A stretch of 64,000 nt of DNA from a virus. The stretch is taken from positions 14,661 to 78,660 of IMG/VR virus record IMGVR_UViG_3300025914_000010; one strand, given 5' to 3'. Both the position numbers and the translations under genes were made by a program. Of this stretch, positions 57,123-64,000 are shown piece after piece. Position 1 is the stretch's first letter. Each line of letters starts with the position of its first letter. The notes under the pieces were generated by a model that did not search any database, was not told the DNA's origin, and saw only the letters and a program-made list of their open reading frames with translations.

Positions 57123-57905
57123 ATGACCCGAACCCTGGCCACAACCGATCAGATCGCCGCCGCGAAGCTCGCAGGAGCCGTTATCCCGCCGAAATCCTGG
57201 GACGTTGTGATCTACTCGCAGGGCAAAGTTGTCGCCTCCTGGTACGATGCTCGGGGCCGCAAGCAGTGCGCCTACTCCTCCGAGGCTGTCGCAGACCGCA
57301 ACCGGCGCAAGTTCGCCGAGATGGTCGAGTTCGGCGCGAGCCTCCCTAACATCCGCAAGGCCGTTGCCTCCGATCTGCATTCGGCTAACCAGACGGCCCG
57401 CGCGTGCGCCGCCATCGTCGCGATCATGGACCAGACGACGATGCGGGTAGGCGGCGCGGAGTACGCCGCCGAAAACGGCACCTACGGCGCAAGCAGCCTG
57501 CTCAAGTCGCACGTCAGCATCGACGGCCAGACGGTGCGCTTCAGCTTCACCGGCAAGCACCACAAGTCGCACGACAAATCGGTCAGCGGCGCCGCGCTAG
57601 TTGAGGCGATCGAGTTCTTCGCCGCGCTGCCGGGCGACAAGCTCTTCCCGGTGACGGAGACTGCGGTCCGCGCCTATCTCTCCGCGTTCGGCGCGACGCC
57701 TAAGCAGTTTCGCACCTACCATGCGAGCCGCGTCTGCTCCGAGTTGCTCGACGCGGCAGGCCCGGCAGCCGATGCAAAGGCAGTGAAGGCCAACATCAAC
57801 CGCGCCGTCAAGCAGGTATCCGAGCTGCTCGGTAACACGCCCGCAATGGCGCGCAACAGCTACATCGATCCGACCATCCTGGCCGCCTACGCAGCAGGGA
57901 TGTAG
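57123..57905 (+). CDS. DNA topoisomerase IB, compact catalytic-domain form
   Basis: GRKQ..Y, RVG...YA.ENGTYG..SL...H, F.FTGK, PKQFRTYHAS, VSELLGNTPAMARNSYIDP with the catalytic Tyr. Confidence 0.92.
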   Translation: MTRTLATTDQIAAAKLAGAVIPPKSWDVVIYSQGKVVASWYDARGRKQCAYSSEAVADRNRRKFAEMVEFGASLPNIRKAVASDLHSANQTARACAAIVAIMDQTTMRVGGAEYAAENGTYGASSLLKSHVSIDGQTVRFSFTGKHHKSHDKSVSGAALVEAIEFFAALPGDKLFPVTETAVRAYLSAFGATPKQFRTYHASRVCSELLDAAGPAADAKAVKANINRAVKQVSELLGNTPAMARNSYIDPTILAAYAAGM

Positions 57906-57939
57906 GGTCCCGCACATCAAGAGAGGAGACAGAAGGACA

Positions 57940-58311
57940 ATGGACACTATCATTGTATCGCGGCATCCCGCCGCCATTGAGTTTATCGCGCGGCAGCTCG
58001 GCGGGCAGACTGCTACCCACCAGGGTAAGCAGTGCATCGAAATCGACGTTACTCACCCGGACGACATCGGCACGCCGGAGCACTATGCGTGCCAGCTAAT
58101 CCCGATCGTCGCTCAGGCCACCGCCGCCGACGTGCGCGGCAAGCATATCTACGGCAATCTACCGCTACACCTGGCGGCACTCGCGGCCAAAGTCACAGTT
58201 GTCGAGTTCGACGGCGCGCCTCCTCGCGGGCAGGAGTATAGCCTGGAGGACATGCAGGCTGCCGGTGCGGTGTTGCGGACCTATGTCGTCCACGGTCGGT
58301 CAACGCTATGA
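57940..58311 (+). CDS. csx16: Csx16 (Cas_VVA1548)-like protein, putative cyclic oligoadenylate ring nuclease
   Basis: IVSRHPAAIEF and V.GKHIYGNLPLHLAA resemble the Csx16 motifs SRHxGA and GxLPxHLAA. Confidence 0.75.
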   Translation: MDTIIVSRHPAAIEFIARQLGGQTATHQGKQCIEIDVTHPDDIGTPEHYACQLIPIVAQATAADVRGKHIYGNLPLHLAALAAKVTVVEFDGAPPRGQEYSLEDMQAAGAVLRTYVVHGRSTL

Positions 58312-58532
58312 CCGACGACCAGGTGCGCAAATTCAACCAGCGCCTTGGCAAGATCGACAAGGCGCTGGAGGCCGGCGAGATCGAAAGCGCAGACCCGTTC
58401 CCGCCAGAACACCGCTCAGTCCTGCGCTTGCCAGCAGAGGTCGCAAATCGCATCAAAGCGAGCGCCGCGCGCAACCGGCGTAGCCTCAACTCAGAGATCA
58501 TAAGAGCGATCGAGGCTTACCTGGATCGCTAG
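58308..58532 (+). CDS. Arc-family ribbon-helix-helix repressor
   Basis: LRLPAEVANRIKASAARNRRSLNSEIIRAIE. Confidence 0.9.
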   Translation: MTDDQVRKFNQRLGKIDKALEAGEIESADPFPPEHRSVLRLPAEVANRIKASAARNRRSLNSEIIRAIEAYLDR

Positions 58533-58559
58533 AATCGCCCTGCCTCCTCACTCGCTGAA

Positions 58560-58767
58560 GCACAAGCGGAATGCGATCGGCGCAACGCTTAGTCATTCAC
58601 ACCCCGCCCGGCGGCGCAGGGTTTTCGATCTCCTTTTTCCTGCGCCGCCGGAGTGAAGGAAGGAAAATCGCGCACAAGCCGGGGGTGAATCACGCCGCCC
58701 GACAGATGGAGACAGCCTGCTCCAATTCGGAGCAGGCTGGAAAAGGTGTGAGACGCAATCATCTCTG
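58560..58767 (-). ncRNA. Candidate structured small RNA
   Basis: Own promoter; 11- and 13-bp hairpins inside closing helices; no credible ORF. Confidence 0.5.
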
Positions 58768-58773
58768 TTAGGA

Positions 58774-58803
58774 ATTCTACTGCAAGCAGTTCAAGTTTGT
58801 CAA
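58774..58803 (-). promoter_or_regulatory. Sigma70-type promoter
   Basis: TTGACA-18 bp-TAGAAT on the minus strand. Confidence 0.7.
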
Positions 58804-59267
58804 ATAATTTTTCGCGAGTGCCGATCGATCGCCCCAACTACCCGCAAACGATCATCGTCCCACGTAGACCTGTCGGTCGTCACAACGCCCTGCGCCGTCG
58901 GGTTTCCCACGTCCCGCACATCGCTGCCCTGGGCGGTTGCGATCTTGTACCTCTCGCGCTCTACCGGATCGGCTGGGTCGCGCATAATCTCGCGCGCCTC
59001 TCGCAGCTTGTCGCGCACGAGCTGCGCCCACCGGTATAGCGTGCTCTCGTCACGGAACCGGTCTTTCCGCACCAGGCTCGGGTAGTCGCACTGCATCGCC
59101 TTGAACGTTTCACCCGCCTCCGACCGCTGCCACACCTCCACCTTCAGTTGCCACGAAGCCGCGCCGGTTTCGCGCTCGGTGAGGAAACCGTTGCGGCCCA
59201 GCCAATACGCTAATTCGACATCGCACAACCGCCGCGCTATCTCTTCATCGTCTCTCTCGTCGGACAT
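58800..59267 (-). CDS. Hypothetical protein, possible HTH regulator
   Basis: GGAGGAGG RBS; ESTLYRW...VRDKL is HTH-like. Confidence 0.55.
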   Translation of the reverse strand: MSDERDDEEIARRLCDVELAYWLGRNGFLTERETGAASWQLKVEVWQRSEAGETFKAMQCDYPSLVRKDRFRDESTLYRWAQLVRDKLREAREIMRDPADPVERERYKIATAQGSDVRDVGNPTAQGVVTTDRSTWDDDRLRVVGAIDRHSRKII

Positions 59268-59505
59268 AACGGCGCACACCTCCTCCTCCATTTGTGCCCG
59301 CCATTTTGCCACAAAGTCGCGAAAAGCCCGGTGTCTACTACCCGGGGCGAAAATAGTTTGGAAAAAGTTTACAAAACCTACTTTACCCACTTGACAACCG
59401 GTATTAGGTTTTGTATAATAAACTATCAGAAACACACAGGCGAACCGCGCTGGAACCGCGATCGCCGCGACGACAAGAGGAGATTACGAAGATGACGACA
59501 GCAAC
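59235..59505 (+). repeat. Promoter repeat B, copy 1 (copy 2 at 61423-61693)
   Basis: 271-bp near-identical duplication spanning divergent gene starts, promoter and leader. Confidence 0.95.
59391..59419 (+). promoter_or_regulatory. Consensus sigma70 promoter
   Basis: TTGACA-17 bp-TATAAT; inverted repeat TACAAAACCTA/TAGGTTTTGTA flanks the -35. Confidence 0.92.
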
Positions 59506-59872
59506 CTACGATGTCACCGAAATCAGGATCAGCCAGATTTTCCCACCGCACGGGGTCCGTGACAGCGCAAAACTCGCAGCTCTTACCGCGAGCATGGAGC
59601 AGGGCGGGTGGGCGGGTCGTCCGCTGTTGGTGATTGAGCACGGTGACGGCTATCGCGCGTTGACCGGCAGCCACCGATACGCAGCAGCGCAAGCGGCGGG
59701 ACTGGAAGAAGTTCCGTGCGTCGAAGTGGACGCGGAAAAGTTTTTCGCGAACTACGATACATCGGACCTGTGGGATGACGATGTTAATGTTTCGATCTTG
59801 GACGAGATCGGCGACACGCCCGCAGCGCAGTTAATGCGCGAGGAAGTGGTGTCCAACAACGAGACCGAGTAG
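59492..59872 (+). CDS. ParB/Sulfiredoxin N-terminal domain protein
   Basis: L..SM...GW.G.PLLV....Y.ALTGSHRYAAA..AG..EVP. Confidence 0.85.
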   Translation: MTTATYDVTEIRISQIFPPHGVRDSAKLAALTASMEQGGWAGRPLLVIEHGDGYRALTGSHRYAAAQAAGLEEVPCVEVDAEKFFANYDTSDLWDDDVNVSILDEIGDTPAAQLMREEVVSNNETE

Positions 59873-59884
59873 GAGACGACCACT

Positions 59885-60142
59885 ATGACATCCACTCGCA
59901 TGGAGACAATTACCGCCGCCGAGCTTTCGGCAACCGACCTGCGCCACGAATTAGAGCAGTCCGGTCAGCCGACAGAGATTGCCCGCGTCTGGTTCGACGA
60001 CCACGCGGAGCCAGGCTACGCGCTGTACTTCCCGGAGATTGGCCGAGCCGGTATCGCTCATGGCGCAGATGCACAATGGACGGACTGCAATTCGATCGAG
60101 GACGCCGTTGAGCGGTTTGTCAACGACGATATGATTAACTGA
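59885..60142 (+). CDS. Small acidic hypothetical protein
   Basis: AGGAG RBS. Confidence 0.65.
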   Translation: MTSTRMETITAAELSATDLRHELEQSGQPTEIARVWFDDHAEPGYALYFPEIGRAGIAHGADAQWTDCNSIEDAVERFVNDDMIN

Positions 60143-60249
60143 CACAAGCATAGCGGGGCGGCCGCTGGAACCGGCCGCCCCCGGCCCGCCAGGAGACTAG
60201 CGGGCATGACGATTGTACCCCGGCGAGGGTCGGGGAGAAGGAGACTGAA

Positions 60250-60525
60250 ATGGAAACCTGGAGAGATCGTGTGCAAACCAGCAGAGAAACTCTGGCTGAC
60301 GCACTGGACTGCATCATTGATACGTGCCCGAATGCGCAGTGCAGTTTTGGTGGATGCCCGACAGACCCTGCTCGTTTCAAATCTACATGCTCTGAGAAAC
60401 AACTCGCGCTAAGCGCGTACAGGCATCCGCTTACGCAAAACATAGAGGTAGGCACGCTTTCGCAACTGCTCGCGAATCAGTGCATGTTCACCGTGTTTGT
60501 CGAGTGGCCGGAATACAACGGATGA
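60250..60525 (+). CDS. Hypothetical protein
   Basis: Starts at the ATG of repeat A. Confidence 0.6.
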   Translation: METWRDRVQTSRETLADALDCIIDTCPNAQCSFGGCPTDPARFKSTCSEKQLALSAYRHPLTQNIEVGTLSQLLANQCMFTVFVEWPEYNG

Positions 60526-60737
60526 TCGACCGTAACCTCCGCATGGTCGAGGACTACGCCAGCTCCAGCGGCTGCGTAGTCCTCACCGACCTGGCCGACC
60601 CGCCCGCCTACGCCGCCGTGCCCGTAAGCGACCTCCGCCGCTGGCTGATCGATGGCGAGTGGGAGGCGCTCTACGCAGAGGATAGGCCGCGCGTCAATGC
60701 GGCGATTGAGAGTTGGATAGAGGAGACAGGACGATGA
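60522..60737 (+). CDS. Hypothetical protein (paralogue starts at 63876)
   Basis: First 125 bp are duplicated at 63876-64000. Confidence 0.65.
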   Translation: MIDRNLRMVEDYASSSGCVVLTDLADPPAYAAVPVSDLRRWLIDGEWEALYAEDRPRVNAAIESWIEETGR

Positions 60738-61096
60738 GCCGGTACTTGCAAGAGGACATCTCTCGTTACAGAGACACCATTCCTGCGCCTAAAGATCAGG
60801 AGGAGGCGTACGCAAAATTATGCGTCGAGAATGCGCTGGATGACATCCAGCGCATTGCCTGGCCTCATATCGCCAGGCGCATCAACGCAGAGAGATACGC
60901 CGAAATTCTCGCTAATACGTTGCAACGCATCCAGGATGTTGCTGCCCCGTTTGCTGGCAATCTCCCGCAGGATACAGCCGCAGCCGACACTGCCTGCGCT
61001 CTCATTTATAATGAGTGCGAGCAAGCGAGACACCTCTACGTCGAGTACCATCCAGCCAACCGGGATGCGGAGGAACAAACCCGTGGGCAAGATTAA
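60734..61096 (+). CDS. Hypothetical protein
   Basis: GAGGAG RBS; ATGA coupling. Confidence 0.6.
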   Translation: MSRYLQEDISRYRDTIPAPKDQEEAYAKLCVENALDDIQRIAWPHIARRINAERYAEILANTLQRIQDVAAPFAGNLPQDTAAADTACALIYNECEQARHLYVEYHPANRDAEEQTRGQD

Positions 61097-61280
61097 GGAC
61101 CGTCGTGCCGTCACCAGCCCGATCAACGCCCGCAAAGGCGGCAGGCCGCGCACAGTCGGCGACGGCAGAGTGTACAGCATTAAACTGCCGCCCCCGCTCT
61201 ACGACTGGTTGCGCTCGCGACCGACCGAGGAGGTACGCGAGCATCTGACCCGGTGGATGGTCGAGGCGCATATCATCTAG
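61083..61280 (+). CDS. Small DNA-binding protein (NxxKGGRP motif plus RHH-like strand-helix)
   Basis: SPINARKGGRPR..YSIKLPPPLYDWL. Confidence 0.6.
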   Translation: MGKIKDRRAVTSPINARKGGRPRTVGDGRVYSIKLPPPLYDWLRSRPTEEVREHLTRWMVEAHII

Positions 61281-61455
61281 AGACGTTTCCGAGCTGCCAA
61301 CGCTGATCCGTCTCGACCCGTCCACGTTTCCAGACTTCAACCTTCAGCCGCCCACTCACGGCTATCGGCACTTTGCCGGTTTCGATCTTGTTGTTCAACA
61401 AGTTCTGCTGCGCGAGCCTATCCGCTATCGCTTCATCGTCTCTCTCGTCGGACAT
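61273..61455 (-). pseudogene. Truncated paralogue of 58800-59267
   Basis: Shares MSDERDDE.IA.RL..LKVEVW.R, then stops at 60 aa. Confidence 0.55.
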
Positions 61456-61579
61456 AACGGCGCACACCTCCTCCACCATTTGTGCCCGCCATTTTGCCAC
61501 AAGATCGCGAAAAGCCCGGTGTCTACTATCCGGGGCGAAAATAGTTTGGAAAATAGTTTACAAAACCTACTTTACCCCC

Positions 61580-61608
61580 TTGACAACCGCTATTAGGTAT
61601 GTTAAAAT
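61580..61608 (+). promoter_or_regulatory. Sigma70 promoter in repeat B, copy 2
   Basis: TTGACA-17 bp-TAAAAT; TTAGGTAT/ATACCTAA flanks the -10. Confidence 0.88.
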
Positions 61609-61679
61609 ATACCTAACACAAACACACAGGCGAACCGCGCTGGAACCGCGATCGCCGCGACAAAGAGGAGACTACGAAG

Positions 61680-62180
61680 ATGACGACAGCAACTGACACC
61701 CGTACCGCAATCAACCGCGCAATTATCGCCGCGCTCTATGCGGCAGACGAGGACCGCCGAAGCATCGCCGCAAGCTGCGACCCGCGACCACTGACTATTC
61801 GACTGTGGCCCGATGGCGACATAACCCGCTGCAACGATCGCTCCGTTCCGGAGAGCCAGTATTACAGCCGCAAGCCCTACCCGATCGACGTTTATTATCG
61901 TGGCGAAGTCCACGACAGCCCGGACCCGGAAATTTCCGGATTGATGTGGGACGACGCCAAGGAGGGGGACGAGGACGCCTTTGAGTTTCAGGGGCAGTGG
62001 TATGTACAGGTACAGCGGTGGGATATGTGCTTCTCGGCGGAAGAGTCATACCGAGAAATACTTGAGAGAGAGTACAAATCGGCAATCGAGACGGCTAATG
62101 ATGCGTTCAACATTGCGGACTTCGAGTTCCGCGAGTTGACCGGCGATGAGGAGACGTTCGCGGAAACCTGGATCGACTGA
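61680..62180 (+). CDS. Acidic hypothetical protein
   Basis: GAGGAG RBS of repeat B. Confidence 0.7.
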   Translation: MTTATDTRTAINRAIIAALYAADEDRRSIAASCDPRPLTIRLWPDGDITRCNDRSVPESQYYSRKPYPIDVYYRGEVHDSPDPEISGLMWDDAKEGDEDAFEFQGQWYVQVQRWDMCFSAEESYREILEREYKSAIETANDAFNIADFEFRELTGDEETFAETWID

Positions 62181-62371
62181 TGCTCACCTACAAAGTCTTG
62201 GTGTTCCGGCATATGAGCCGGGAGGCGATTTCAAAAGCCTCCCGGTTCTTCCGGGGCGAAAATTGGATTGACCACGTGTTCGGCGAGGGGCCGCGCGGGT
62301 TTATGGTCCAAATGCCGAATGAGGGCGTGGTATGCGTCCACTGGGACGGTTTCTGCGAGATTGACGGTTAG
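62180..62371 (+). CDS. Hypothetical protein
   Basis: TGATG coupling. Confidence 0.55.
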   Translation: MLTYKVLVFRHMSREAISKASRFFRGENWIDHVFGEGPRGFMVQMPNEGVVCVHWDGFCEIDG

Positions 62372-62429
62372 AGCATAGCGGGGCGCGCCGCTGGAACCGC
62401 CCGGATCGAACCGCAAACAGGAGACTGAC

Positions 62430-62717
62430 ATGACAGTAACAGTAACCCGAACCGAAATCACGATCAACATTCTGGCAGGGAATTTCCTGCCGTCCGATCC
62501 GCAATCCTGCGAGGGGCTGAACCTCCGGCAGAGTGTGCTGAGCTACTGCGCCGAGATGGATGCGATGCTGCCCGAATACGAGATCAACTGGAACATCGAC
62601 TGGAACTCCGAGGGTTGCGGCTCGCATGACCAATTCGAGAACGACGAACAGCGCAACGATTTCGAACATGCCGATCAGCGCGTGATGCAGGCACAGTCAT
62701 TCTGGGTGTACGAATGA
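62430..62717 (+). CDS. Acidic hypothetical protein
   Basis: AGGAG RBS after a partial repeat A. Confidence 0.65.
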   Translation: MTVTVTRTEITINILAGNFLPSDPQSCEGLNLRQSVLSYCAEMDAMLPEYEINWNIDWNSEGCGSHDQFENDEQRNDFEHADQRVMQAQSFWVYE

Positions 62718-62950
62718 TCAGGCTGCGACTGTGGTTTCTCTGCGGCGCGATTTACAACTGGGCGGAGGATGCTCTACTCCTCCTCCCAATCAGATCTCTC
62801 AGGCGGTGGATTTACGCTCGACGCGTTCGCGAAGACGAAAAAGCGCTGAAATGGATCGGTACCAGGGACGCGGCGGAAATGGAGGGGTTCGAACGATCTG
62901 CCCGCGAAGAACTCGAACATTCGCGGGAGCAACTGGCAAAATACCAATGA
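62714..62950 (+). CDS. Hypothetical protein
   Basis: ATGA coupling on both sides. Confidence 0.55.
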   Translation: MIRLRLWFLCGAIYNWAEDALLLLPIRSLRRWIYARRVREDEKALKWIGTRDAAEMEGFERSAREELEHSREQLAKYQ

Positions 62951-63570
62951 AGCGAAATTGCAGTCTCAGCACTGAAACCCTCAACGATCTCTATTGGCGA
63001 GGGGCGAAATCCCTGCGAGAAATCGCCCGTATCGAAGCCGACAGCAACCTCTCTCCTGCTTGCGAGAAAACCGTTAAACGTTGGCTGATTACGGCAGGTA
63101 TCAATATCAAAACACGGTCTGAGCGGCAATCGCAAACAATCCGAGCGCGAGCCGACAAAACCGAGTGGAACCATGCAGGAGTGGCAGAGGCAGCCGCCAG
63201 AAAACACGCCGAACCGAGACTCGTTGGAGTTGATCACCTCCACGCTCCAGGCATGAGACGGCGGGCCAAAACAGGACGCAGGAAACAGGCGGAACGTGAC
63301 GCCCTGAAATCGGAAACGCGTCTTTGCGATAACTGCGGCGCGAAAATCGTCAAAAAGCCGCACCGATTCACAGACGGGTTTACGACGTGCAGCAGGAAAT
63401 GCCGACAGGCGTATCTCGCGAAGCTCAAACAATTCACGACTCCGCCAATCAAACGCGTCTGTGAATTCTGTCTAGGATCGTTCGAGGTCCCGCCGTCACG
63501 ATTGAAATACGGTCCGGCCCGTTATTGCAGCCGTGCCTGCTCGAACAAAGGCCGAGCAAAAACGAAATAG
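62947..63570 (+). CDS. HTH plus Zn-finger repeat protein (homing-endonuclease-like scaffold without a nuclease domain)
   Basis: L..LY....SLREIA; CDNC..CSRKC, CEFC..YCSRAC. Confidence 0.65.
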   Translation: MKRNCSLSTETLNDLYWRGAKSLREIARIEADSNLSPACEKTVKRWLITAGINIKTRSERQSQTIRARADKTEWNHAGVAEAAARKHAEPRLVGVDHLHAPGMRRRAKTGRRKQAERDALKSETRLCDNCGAKIVKKPHRFTDGFTTCSRKCRQAYLAKLKQFTTPPIKRVCEFCLGSFEVPPSRLKYGPARYCSRACSNKGRAKTK

Positions 63571-63670
63571 TGGGGCGCGCCGCTGGAACCGGCCGCCCCC
63601 GGCCCGCCAGGAGACTAGCGGGCATCCGCGATTGTACCCCGGCGAGATGCCCGGGAGAAGGAGACAGGAA

Positions 63671-63874
63671 ATGAGAGCATCCGTTAATCGCCGCGCCAAC
63701 AGAGCCGCAGAAGCGCGCCTTGCGCTGGCACTCAAGATCACAGCTAGCCGCGCGCAACTGCGAGCAGCTGCGGCTCGGGCAAACCAGGTCCCCGGCAGCT
63801 ACCTGCACGGCGACAAGATCGGCAAAATGCGGGCGCGCATATTGTATCCGGGCGTTAAGCCAGTGGGCTGGTAA
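63671..63874 (+). CDS. Small basic hypothetical protein
   Basis: Starts at the ATG of repeat A. Confidence 0.55.
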   Translation: MRASVNRRANRAAEARLALALKITASRAQLRAAAARANQVPGSYLHGDKIGKMRARILYPGVKPVGW

Positions 63875-63875
63875 T

Positions 63876-64000
63876 ATGATCGACCGCAACCTCCAGTTTG
63901 TCGAGGACTACGCCAGCTCCAGCGGCTGCGTAGTCCTCACCGACCTGGCCGACCCGCCCGCCTACGCCGCCGTGCCCGTAAGCGACCTCCGCCGCTGGCT
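63876..64000 (+). CDS. Paralogue of 60522-60737, truncated by the window edge
   Basis: Near-identical DNA. Confidence 0.65.
   Translation, partial: MIDRNLQFVEDYASSSGCVVLTDLADPPAYAAVPVSDLRRW

Noticed and set aside
57123-57905. Tyrosine integrase
   Set aside because: The motifs are those of TopIB (ENGTYG, K.FRT, GNT...SY), not the HxLRH pattern, and no att site is evident.
55578-63673. Repeats A, B and C as a CRISPR array, given the nearby csx16
   Set aside because: The units are 100-270 bp, irregularly spaced and separated by whole genes. There are no 30-40 bp spacers and no cas1, cas2 or cas10.

Overview
This 64-kb window is a large segment of a GC-rich tailed bacteriophage (siphovirus-type) or prophage. 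No integrase, att site or clear host gene was recognised. It has three parts. (1) 1-8.5 kb, + strand: recombination, replication and small accessory genes (Rad52/Sak-like annealing protein, replication initiator, ASCH protein, PD-(D/E)XK nuclease). (2) 8.5-54.5 kb, - strand: the late region, running terminase, portal, HK97-type protease and capsid, a glycan-modification cluster (GmhA, GT2, GT9-like, three methyltransferases, radical SAM), tail genes, lysis genes and a tRNA-Leu(UAA) embedded in a run of structured non-coding domains. Several free-standing HNH cassettes interrupt it. (3) 54.5-64 kb, + strand: an early/accessory region with near-consensus sigma70 promoters and small genes set in repeated promoter/leader scaffolds. 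The most notable observations follow. Two tandem hammerhead ribozymes (type I then type III) would excise a 105-nt RNA and free the next ribosome-binding site. A topoisomerase IB / Csx16-like / Arc-like operon with a palindromic operator looks like an acr-aca unit against type III CRISPR. A roughly 600-nt ncRNA cassette surrounds the tRNA. Eight late-region Shine-Dalgarno sites sit in the loops of covarying hairpins. A GCUGGAAC leader hairpin and a TTTGATCTCAAA palindrome both recur. All calls were made by eye from motifs and base pairing; no searches or folding programs were run.
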